From positions 8,499 to 72,498 of the forward strand of contig JAUVXW010000018.1 in NCBI GenBank assembly GCA_030603385.1: DNA of 64,000 nt. Reading direction: 5' to 3'. Numbering within the stretch: the stretch's first letter is position 1; each line of letters begins with the position of its first letter. Positions 56,310 through 64,000 of the stretch are shown here, in pieces. The stretch comes from Promethearchaeota archaeon. Its GTDB lineage: Archaea; Asgardarchaeota; Lokiarchaeia; Sigyniarchaeales; SOKP01. The position numbers were made by a program, and so were the translations under genes. The notes beneath the pieces are model-generated. The model had not been told where the DNA came from and searched no databases. It saw nothing but the letters and a program-made list of their open reading frames with translations.

Positions 56310-59300
56310 ATGACAAATAACAATGTTTTAATTATTGGTGCGGGTATTAGTGGAATAGAAGCAGCATTAACTCTTGGCGAACAAGGATATCGGGTAATAC
56401 TGGTGGAAAAAACTTCTTCTGTTGGAGGTCGAATGGCACAACTCGATAAAACATTTCCAACTTTGGATTGCAGTATATGTATTCTTGCTCCTAAAATGGT
56501 AGAAGTGTCTAGACATCCTAATGTTGAGCTCCTTGCTTACTCAGAAGTAAAAGAAGTATCTGGTCAAGCCGGAAATTTCAATGTAAAAGTACTTAAGAAA
56601 TCTAGATATGTCGATTGGGATAAATGCACGGGATGTGGAGCCTGTAGTGAAAAATGCCCTATGAAAAAAATACCTAGTGAATTTGAAGAGGGTATGGGAA
56701 ATAGGACGAGTATATATATTCCCTTTCCTCAAGCAGTTCCACGAAAAGCTGTTATTGATGCGGAAACATGCTTATATCTAACGAAAAATGCCTGTAAACT
56801 CTGTGAAAAAGAGTGTGAGGCTGGAGCTATTAATTGGGATATGCAGGATGAAATTGTCGAATATAACGTAGCATCTATCATTTGTGCAACTGGAATTGAC
56901 CTATTGGATCCAAGTGTTCTTGATCGTTATCACTATGGGGAATATCCTAATGTTATTACAGCTATGCAATATGAACGGTTACTGAGTGCATCGGGACCTA
57001 CCGAAGGTGAATTATTACGTCCTTCGGATAAAGAACATGCACATAATATAGGATTTATAAGTTGTGTTGGATCTAGAAATGAGGATCTCTGTTCATATTG
57101 TTCAAAATTTTGTTGTATGTATCAAACTAAAGAGGGAGTTGTCACTAGGGAACATGCTCCTGATACAAGTGTAACAATATTTTTTAACGATATAAGGGTG
57201 ATCGGAAAAAACCAAGAGGAATTTATTGAAAGAGCTAAAGATGAGTATGGTCTAATATATTACAGAGGAATTCCTGGAGATATTCGTGAAAATCCAGAAA
57301 ACCATAATCTTTATGTTAAACATGCTAATCTTGATACTGGAGATGTAGAGGTTAGTGAATTTGACCTTATAGTCCTTGCAAATGCAGTAATTCCGCGAAA
57401 GGATGCAGATGATCTAGCTAAAATATTAGGAATTGAGCAAAATGAGTTTGGTTTTTTCAAAACCAAAGATTCTACTGAAGACCTCCGTTCTACTTGTGAT
57501 GGGATCTATGTAACTGGTTCATGTCAGTCCCCTGACGATATTGCCAATTCAGTAGCAAAAGCAGGCGGAGCTGCAGCATTAGCTGCTACTCATGCAATTC
57601 CTTTGAGTGGGGAAGAAACAAAAGTAGAACTCCCACCTCTTAAACCTGTGAGCCCAAAGGATAATCCTCGTATAGGTGTATTCATCTGCCGTTGTGGTAT
57701 TAATATTGCTGGATATATGGATGTTCCAGCATTAGTAGGTTATGCAAAAACTCTTCCGAATGTAGTATTTTCTATGGAAAATAAATATAGTTGCTCTCAA
57801 TTGACTCAAGATATTATTAAAGAAAAAATTGAAGAACTAAATCTAAATAGAGTCCTAGTTGCAGCATGTACCCCCAGAACTCATGAGCCATTATTCCAAA
57901 AAACAATTAGAGAAGCTGGCTTAAATGAGTATTTATTCAATTTTGTATCTATACGTGAATTAGATTCTTGGGTGCATATGCATGATAACCCAAAAGCTAC
58001 TGATAAAGCTAAGGATCTTATCAGAATGGGAGTAGCTCGTGTTAGAGCACAAAAAGCTGAGTTTAAAATTAGGGGCGATGTCGTTCCAGAAGCTTTAGTT
58101 GTAGGAGGAGGTATTGCTGGTATGAGTGCTGCTATAGAAATCGCTCGTAAGGGTTTTAAGGTACATTTGATTGAGAAGGATGATAAACTAGGAGGACAGT
58201 TAAATCAAATATATAAGATTAATTTTGACAGAATAGATTCCAGAGAATTCTTAGATCAAAAATTAAAAGAATTTAACGATCAGAAAAATATTATTGTTTA
58301 TTTAAACTCTGAAGTTGTTGATGTAAAAGGTTCGATAGGAGATTTTAAAGTTAAAGTTAAGGACAATAATGAAGTCAAAGATATTAGTTTGAATGTGGGT
58401 GCCATTATTGCTGCTACAGGTGCCTATGAGTATAAACCTGAAGGTTGGTATAATTGGGGCAAAAACAATAATGTATTAACTCAACTAGAATTATCTAAAA
58501 AGCTCAAAAATAATGAATTAGAAGATGGTCAAACTTTTGTGTTTATTCAGTGTGTCGGGTCGAGACAACCCGAAGATGGGAATGGTGTAACTTATTGTTC
58601 ATTAATTTGTTGTTCAGAATCGATTAGACATGCGTTGTATGTAAAAGAAACATATCCAAACTCAAATATTTATGTTTTATATAGAGACATTCGAGTAGGT
58701 ACTGATGAAGAACCTTATTACTGGAAAGCCCGTGAAAATGTGAACTATATAAGATTTAATGAATATCCTACAGTTGAAACTGTGAATGGCAAGTTAATGG
58801 TAAATGTTAAAGATATTTTAACTCAAATTGACCTTTCTATTGAAGCGGACAAAGTAGTCCTTTCTACACCATTAATACCTCATGATACTAAAAAATTGGG
58901 TGAAATGATTAAATGTGCTCGAGACCAAAATGGATTTTTTTTAGAAGCTCATATTAAACTGAGGCCTGTCGACTTTGCCACTGATGGTATTTATCTAGCA
59001 GGAACTTGCCATGGTCCAAAAGGAATTGCAGATTCAATTTCACAAGGACGTGGTGCTGCTGCTCATGCTTTGATTCCATTAATCTCAGGCGAAGTGGAAA
59101 ATGAACCTTTAGTATCAGTTGTGGATCCTGCCTTATGCATTGCCTGCCAGAAATGTGAAGAAGTATGTAATTTTGGAGCAATAGGAGTGAACTTTGATAA
59201 TGATGTATTAGTTTCAGAATCAAACCCTCTCTTATGTAAAGGCTGCGGAGATTGTTCAGCAGCGTGTCCAGCAGGGGCCATTACTATGAGTCATTTTTCA

Positions 59301-59795
59301 GATAATCAAATTTACCCAATGATTCGTGAAGCTGTTCAAGGTGAATACGTGGATGAAAGACCTAGGATAGTGGCTTTTTTATGTAACTGGTGTAGTTATG
59401 CAGGGGCAGATACTTGTGGTGTTAGTCGCTTTCAATATCCAACAAATATTCGACCGATAAGAGTTATGTGTACTGGTAGAATACCAAAACGGTTTATTTT
59501 GCAAGCTTTTTTGGAAGGTGCTGATGGTGTTTTTATTGGGGGGTGCCACATTGGTGATTGCCATTATTTAGAAGGCAATTATGATATGTTACAACGTTAT
59601 AATGAACTTCATGAGATACTGGATAGAGTTGGAATTAATCCAGATCGATATCGTCTTGAATGGATATCTGCTAGTGAAGGTAAGCGATTTTCAGAAGTGG
59701 TAACTGAATTTACTAATAAAATTAAAGAATTAGGTCCTTTACCTAATAGAGGCGATAAAATTGAAAAAAAAGAAAAAGTTAAGGAGGCTGCTTAA
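56310..59795 (+). CDS. hdrA: Heterodisulfide reductase subunit A-like protein (two FAD modules) fused to MvhD
   Basis: GAGISG...LDKTFPTLDC, ferredoxin insert, RIGVFICRCG, VVGGGIAG, FLEAHIKLRP, C-terminal ferredoxin, then CNWCSYAGAD...MCTGR...GCHIGDCHY (MvhD). Confidence 0.95.
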   Translation: MTNNNVLIIGAGISGIEAALTLGEQGYRVILVEKTSSVGGRMAQLDKTFPTLDCSICILAPKMVEVSRHPNVELLAYSEVKEVSGQAGNFNVKVLKKSRYVDWDKCTGCGACSEKCPMKKIPSEFEEGMGNRTSIYIPFPQAVPRKAVIDAETCLYLTKNACKLCEKECEAGAINWDMQDEIVEYNVASIICATGIDLLDPSVLDRYHYGEYPNVITAMQYERLLSASGPTEGELLRPSDKEHAHNIGFISCVGSRNEDLCSYCSKFCCMYQTKEGVVTREHAPDTSVTIFFNDIRVIGKNQEEFIERAKDEYGLIYYRGIPGDIRENPENHNLYVKHANLDTGDVEVSEFDLIVLANAVIPRKDADDLAKILGIEQNEFGFFKTKDSTEDLRSTCDGIYVTGSCQSPDDIANSVAKAGGAAALAATHAIPLSGEETKVELPPLKPVSPKDNPRIGVFICRCGINIAGYMDVPALVGYAKTLPNVVFSMENKYSCSQLTQDIIKEKIEELNLNRVLVAACTPRTHEPLFQKTIREAGLNEYLFNFVSIRELDSWVHMHDNPKATDKAKDLIRMGVARVRAQKAEFKIRGDVVPEALVVGGGIAGMSAAIEIARKGFKVHLIEKDDKLGGQLNQIYKINFDRIDSREFLDQKLKEFNDQKNIIVYLNSEVVDVKGSIGDFKVKVKDNNEVKDISLNVGAIIAATGAYEYKPEGWYNWGKNNNVLTQLELSKKLKNNELEDGQTFVFIQCVGSRQPEDGNGVTYCSLICCSESIRHALYVKETYPNSNIYVLYRDIRVGTDEEPYYWKARENVNYIRFNEYPTVETVNGKLMVNVKDILTQIDLSIEADKVVLSTPLIPHDTKKLGEMIKCARDQNGFFLEAHIKLRPVDFATDGIYLAGTCHGPKGIADSISQGRGAAAHALIPLISGEVENEPLVSVVDPALCIACQKCEEVCNFGAIGVNFDNDVLVSESNPLLCKGCGDCSAACPAGAITMSHFSDNQIYPMIREAVQGEYVDERPRIVAFLCNWCSYAGADTCGVSRFQYPTNIRPIRVMCTGRIPKRFILQAFLEGADGVFIGGCHIGDCHYLEGNYDMLQRYNELHEILDRVGINPDRYRLEWISASEGKRFSEVVTEFTNKIKELGPLPNRGDKIEKKEKVKEAA

Positions 59796-59797
59796 AC

Positions 59798-60328
59798 ATG
59801 GTAGAGATGATTAAAAAGAATGCAAATGAGTTAGATAGAAATTTTCGCTATGAAATTAGTGCGAAGGTTGGAGCTAAATCACTTCTAAAATGCATTCAAT
59901 GCGGAGTTTGTAGTTCAGGGTGTACTGTAACAGAATATGTTGATATGCAACCTCATAGAGTGGTAGCATCTTGTCTTTTAGGTCTAAAAAATGAAGTACT
60001 CTCAAGTCAAGCAATCTGGACATGTTCTTTATGTCATAGATGTACTGAAAGATGCCCTAAAAATGTTGATTATTCATTCATTCTTGCTCTCTTACGAAAT
60101 ATGGCAGTTAAGGAAGGAAGGATTCCCAAAGAATATTCTGGGACTGTAGTAACAATCTATAATAATGGATATGTAGTACCATATACAGGTGGATTAAAAG
60201 TTAATATTGATAGAAGACGGACTAGAATGGGGTTACCAGAACTCATACCCCCTGACCTAGATGAAATAAGGTTTATTATAGAAGAGACGGGATTGGGAGA
60301 TCTCGCAAAACAAGAAGAAGGTGTTTAA
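59798..60328 (+). CDS. hdrC: Heterodisulfide reductase subunit C
   Basis: CIQCGVCSSGC and WTCSLCHRCTERCP. Confidence 0.93.
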   Translation: MVEMIKKNANELDRNFRYEISAKVGAKSLLKCIQCGVCSSGCTVTEYVDMQPHRVVASCLLGLKNEVLSSQAIWTCSLCHRCTERCPKNVDYSFILALLRNMAVKEGRIPKEYSGTVVTIYNNGYVVPYTGGLKVNIDRRRTRMGLPELIPPDLDEIRFIIEETGLGDLAKQEEGV

Positions 60329-60330
60329 AA

Positions 60331-61212
60331 ATGGAATATGCGCTATTTTTAGGATGTACAATACCTTTAAAGTTACCTCATTTAGAGAAAGCTTTTAGAG
60401 ATGTTGCAAGCATTTTAAATGTGAAATTAAAGGAAATGGAAGGAGTAAGTTGTTGTCCTGAGCCAGTATCTTTACAATCTTTAAATATAGATACTTGGAT
60501 GACTTTGGGAGCAAGAAATTTAGCAATTGCAGAGAAAATGGGTTTAAATATTATGACAATCTGTTCTGGTTGTTATGAAACCTTAAAGACAGTAAGTGTG
60601 TTATTGAAAGAAGATGAGGAATATTTGGCAAAAATTAATGAAATTCTAAAGAAAATTAATTATAAATACACCGGTAAAACTAAAGTATTTCATTTTGTTG
60701 AATTATTCAGCCAACCAGAATGGTTAGAAAAAATAAAAAATATACTAGTAAAACCTCTAGATGATTTGAATCTTGCTGTGCATTATGGTTGTCATCTTAT
60801 AAGACCGAGTAAGATTATGCAGTTTGATCACCCCGAGAAACCTGAAAAAATTGATATCATACTACAAGCACTCGGAGCTAAAACAATTGAGTTTGCAACC
60901 AAATTAGAATGTTGTGGCTATTGTGCGAGATTACAAGATGAAATTGGGGAAAAATTGGTTGAGGATAAGATGACAGAACTATGTGAACTTGAAGAAGAAG
61001 TTGATGCATTAATTGCTGTATGCCCTGCTTGCATCACTCAATATGATAGAAAGGAAAAAATAATTTCTCGTAAATCGGGTAAGGATCTAGATATTCCTGT
61101 CTTATATTTAGCTGAAATCATGGCATATGCATTAGGAGTAGATCTTCAAGATCTCAGTCTGAAGAACAGAAGTGTTAAGCCATATAAGTTAATTAATAAA
61201 TTAACAACCTAA
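60331..61212 (+). CDS. hdrB: Heterodisulfide reductase subunit B
   Basis: FLGC, CCPEP, ARNLA.AE, CSGC, HYGCH, CCG, CPAC. Confidence 0.94.
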   Translation: MEYALFLGCTIPLKLPHLEKAFRDVASILNVKLKEMEGVSCCPEPVSLQSLNIDTWMTLGARNLAIAEKMGLNIMTICSGCYETLKTVSVLLKEDEEYLAKINEILKKINYKYTGKTKVFHFVELFSQPEWLEKIKNILVKPLDDLNLAVHYGCHLIRPSKIMQFDHPEKPEKIDIILQALGAKTIEFATKLECCGYCARLQDEIGEKLVEDKMTELCELEEEVDALIAVCPACITQYDRKEKIISRKSGKDLDIPVLYLAEIMAYALGVDLQDLSLKNRSVKPYKLINKLTT

Positions 61213-61284
61213 GTAGTATGATTTTTTCAAGCACATATATTATAAATAATAATAAAAAAAAGGAAAAAAAAGGAGTTTTGTAAT

Positions 61285-61980
61285 ATGATAATTACACAAT
61301 TAAAAGATTTAAACCAAATATACGATCTGATAAAACCATATAACAAGATTTTGATTGCCGGTTGCGACGGATGTTGTCAACCTCCTCGATCGCTTAACGA
61401 AGCAAAGGTTCTTGGACAACTTTTAGAATTAAAATCGAGAACAGAAAATAAAGATTTAAAATGGAAAGCAATTACAGTCCTACGGCAATGTGATGATAGG
61501 ATAACGGCTACAACATGCCGTCCTTATATAGAAGAATTCGATGCAATTTTAACCTTAGCATGCGGACTTGGGGTAGTAATGATGAATAAGGTCCTCCCCG
61601 AAATTCTAACCTTTCCAGCTCAAAATAGCATGTTTGGAGGCGTTCAAAACACAGGTGAGAATAATTTTATTGAATATTGTGAAACCTGTGGTGATTGTAT
61701 TATCGGAGAAACTGGTGGTGTATGTCCACGTGCAGGATGTGCTAAACATCTGAGTAATGGACCTTGTGGAGGTATGGTTGAAGGAATGTGTGAAGTTGGA
61801 GGTTATACGATTCCTTGTGCATGGGTACGTATTTGGGCTCGATTAAAAGAATTTAACAGGCTTGATCTCTTTAAGAAGTATAGAGGTCCAAGAGATTTTC
61901 GAACATCTACTAGTCCTGGATATATGACAGTCTATAAAGATTATACAAATATTAAAGAAGAAAAAGAGGGGAAAGAATAA
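61285..61980 (+). CDS. metV: Methylenetetrahydrofolate reductase Fe-S subunit MetV
   Basis: GCDGC, RQCD, LACG.G, C..CGDC....TGGVCP...CAK.L.NGPCGG...G.CE.....CAW. Confidence 0.9.
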   Translation: MIITQLKDLNQIYDLIKPYNKILIAGCDGCCQPPRSLNEAKVLGQLLELKSRTENKDLKWKAITVLRQCDDRITATTCRPYIEEFDAILTLACGLGVVMMNKVLPEILTFPAQNSMFGGVQNTGENNFIEYCETCGDCIIGETGGVCPRAGCAKHLSNGPCGGMVEGMCEVGGYTIPCAWVRIWARLKEFNRLDLFKKYRGPRDFRTSTSPGYMTVYKDYTNIKEEKEGKE

Positions 61981-62934
61981 ATGACAAAAAGACCGGCATT
62001 TAGCAATCTAATGAAAGCTGTCAGTGATGGTCATTTCGTGTTTACAGGAGAACTCGAGCCAAAGAAAATCTTAAATCTAGATGAGATTATACATTCTGCT
62101 AAAGCAATGAAAAAAACAGGTAGAATAGTAGCCGCCAATGTAACAGACGGTCCCCAAGGTGATGCCTATATGTCATCAATGGTACCAAGTTATATGGTTC
62201 AAGAAAAAGCAAATATTGAAGCTGTGTGGCAAGTAACTATAAGAGACAGAAATCGTGTTGCTCTCTTTGGTGATGTTATCGCAGGTGCAGTTCTTGGGTT
62301 AAAAAATATTCTTACACTTACAGGAGATCATACAGCCTTAGGAGATCATAAAAAAGCTCGTCCAGTATATGATATAGATAGTACTCAGTTTGCTGAAATG
62401 CTTTCTATGATGATAGATGATGGGACTGATTATGAAGGTAATGAAATTCAAGGTGGAAAAATAGAGATGAACTTTGGATGCGTTGCAAACCCTAACAGTG
62501 ACCCTCGTGAACCAGAAATCCTTAAGGTAGGCCGTAAGGTGGAACTAGGTATCGACTTCATCCAGACTCAAACTGCTTTTGATATTGATCAAGCAAAAGA
62601 ATTTTTAAAAGAATTAGAACAATTCAATATACCTGTTCTATTGGGCCTCTTTCCTCTTAAATCTCATGGAATTGCTTGGTATTTTGATAATTTTATTCCA
62701 GGTGTCTCGGTTCCAAAGGATCTCCTTAAATCTTTAAAAACTGCAGAAAAGGAGAATAAAGGAAACAAGCCGGGAAAATATGCAGCTATAGATAAAATCA
62801 ATCTTGAATTCTTTAAACCATTTATCGAGGAAATTAAAAAAACCACCAAAGCTGCGGGTATACATTGTATGGCAGTGGAATACGAGAGACTTTTCGCGCC
62901 CTTACTAGGGGATTTTCCGGAATATGTGAAGTAA
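61981..62934 (+). CDS. metF: Methylenetetrahydrofolate reductase MetF
   Basis: TGELEP, ANVTD, RDRNR.AL, LTGD, DFIQTQ. Confidence 0.92.
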   Translation: MTKRPAFSNLMKAVSDGHFVFTGELEPKKILNLDEIIHSAKAMKKTGRIVAANVTDGPQGDAYMSSMVPSYMVQEKANIEAVWQVTIRDRNRVALFGDVIAGAVLGLKNILTLTGDHTALGDHKKARPVYDIDSTQFAEMLSMMIDDGTDYEGNEIQGGKIEMNFGCVANPNSDPREPEILKVGRKVELGIDFIQTQTAFDIDQAKEFLKELEQFNIPVLLGLFPLKSHGIAWYFDNFIPGVSVPKDLLKSLKTAEKENKGNKPGKYAAIDKINLEFFKPFIEEIKKTTKAAGIHCMAVEYERLFAPLLGDFPEYVK

Positions 62935-62997
62935 GTAATAGCTATTAATATTTTTCTTATTAAATTTTATATTTTTTTATATTTTAAATAACCGAAA

Positions 62998-63471
62998 ATG
63001 AGGAAAAAAATGAAAAATCTTGACGAGAAAGATAAAAAAATAATTGAAATGTTATTTGAAAATTCAAGAAGACCATATCATGAAATTGCAGATAAGGTCG
63101 GATTATCTGAATCAACTGTCAGAAAAAGAGTAATTAAGCTACAAGAAGGTGGAATTATTGAAAAATTCACTATTAAGATTTGTCGTGAAGATGAGAGATG
63201 TATTTATGCTTTCCTTACACTCATACCTAAAAATGAATCGGAAATTAAAGATTTGTTAAGAGAAACTGTAATTCTTCCACAATGTGAGGAAGTATATAAA
63301 TTGGATGGTAGATGTGGAATTTTAATAAAAGTTAATGTACCTGATACTAATGAATTAGATGCAATATTGGAAATGTTTCGTTCTCGAACTGATATTGAAA
63401 GTGTTGAAAGGGTATGCATCGTCTTAAAGCCTATTAAAACAGTTTCTCAAAATTCAACTAGTAATTTATGA
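62998..63471 (+). CDS. Lrp/AsnC family transcriptional regulator
   Basis: LDEKDKKII..L.ENSR.PY.EIA..VGLSESTVRKRV. Confidence 0.93.
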   Translation: MRKKMKNLDEKDKKIIEMLFENSRRPYHEIADKVGLSESTVRKRVIKLQEGGIIEKFTIKICREDERCIYAFLTLIPKNESEIKDLLRETVILPQCEEVYKLDGRCGILIKVNVPDTNELDAILEMFRSRTDIESVERVCIVLKPIKTVSQNSTSNL

Positions 63472-63500
63472 ATAATAATAGATTAATTCCAATAATAGAT

Positions 63501-64000
63501 TTAATAATTAGCTTTCTTGACATATCCAACAAAAATAACCAAACATATTATTATGTCTAAAATTTCAGTTATAACTATAAATAACGCATTTTCTCCGATA
63601 ATATTTTGGAATAAAACTCTTAATATATTAGATATTAGGTACCCTGTAAATCCTATTGCAACGATTAGTGGTTGTATTTGAGATAATCTTTTATTGCGAT
63701 ATGAAAAGTAGAACATCCAAGTGGTAACTAACAATGACAAAATAATAAAAATAGCCATATTTATCCCTGAAATAGTTGTATTAGGAGTAACAATTATTAA
63801 AATCGCTTCTACTACTGCGATTATGGTTAAAATCTTTAGTGAAAACGCGTTTCTTTCTCGAGGGTCATTGTACTTCTTGATCTTTCCATTTGCTTGAAGA
63901 AAGATAATTATCATCATGATACTTAAGAATATCATAGGAGCTAATGTAGCGATTATTACAAGTTGCCGAATTTTTAGATATAACAGAAACACATCCTGAG
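63501..64000 (-). CDS. Polytopic membrane protein, 5' end outside the window
   Basis: About five hydrophobic segments; frame remains open to the window edge. Confidence 0.75.
   Translation of the reverse strand, partial: QDVFLLYLKIRQLVIIATLAPMIFLSIMMIIIFLQANGKIKKYNDPRERNAFSLKILTIIAVVEAILIIVTPNTTISGINMAIFIILSLLVTTWMFYFSYRNKRLSQIQPLIVAIGFTGYLISNILRVLFQNIIGENALFIVITEILDIIICLVIFVGYVKKANY

Noticed and set aside
56310-61980. Possible selenocysteine recoding in HdrA/MvhD
   Set aside because: The frames are continuous with Cys at the motifs and contain no in-frame TGA; no convincing SECIS was seen
830-63419. Many short antisense or overlapping ORFs in the track (e.g. 830-1129, 5026-5370, 10870-11247, 12357-12893, 30333-30530, 51346-51624, 58954-59223)
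   Set aside because: They lie opposite or inside well-supported genes and have shadow-ORF composition (Ser/Ile/Phe/Leu-rich) with no motifs
1-64000. CRISPR arrays, rRNA/tRNA genes, transposases, integrases, proviral genes
   Set aside because: No regularly spaced repeats, GC-rich structured RNA blocks or mobile-element motifs were recognised by eye; a covariance-model scan would be needed to exclude small RNAs

Overview
AT-rich (about 30% GC by eye), gene-dense archaeal chromosomal segment, most consistent with an Asgard archaeon of the Lokiarchaeia type. Archaeal core genes are present (EF-1beta, rpoD-rpl18e-rpl13-rps9, Sm-like protein, RIO2, TrmI, thermosome), alongside eukaryotic-signature-like proteins: a Rag-like GTPase-roadblock fusion, a degenerate Rab-like GTPase, a gelsolin-like domain and a PPP phosphatase. 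Metabolic loci include bacterial-type mutL/mutS, tandem inositol-1-phosphate synthases, a 2-oxoacid:ferredoxin oxidoreductase operon split by two PAS histidine kinases, aroC/aroA, glyA, PEPCK and an hdrA(x2)-mvhD fusion-hdrC-hdrB-metV-metF operon. No CRISPR array, tRNA, rRNA or transposase was recognised. The most interesting observations are: (1) a gelsolin-like domain fused to a four-helix membrane domain; (2) a ~1800 aa secreted protein with toxin-like hydrophobic helices and Ca-binding repeats, flanked by wHTH gene remnants; (3) an acetogen-like Hdr-MvhD-MetVF complex with an asymmetric double HdrA and a periodic operator array; (4) a circularly permuted YheCD/TTL-like ATP-grasp ligase; (5) the MutS C-terminal oligomerisation domain displaced into the -1 frame; (6) a catalytically degenerate INO1 paralogue; (7) an MglA-like GTPase with a natural Q-to-L switch II substitution, a wHTH tail and an apparent non-canonical start. 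All calls come from motif recognition by eye; no database searches were run.
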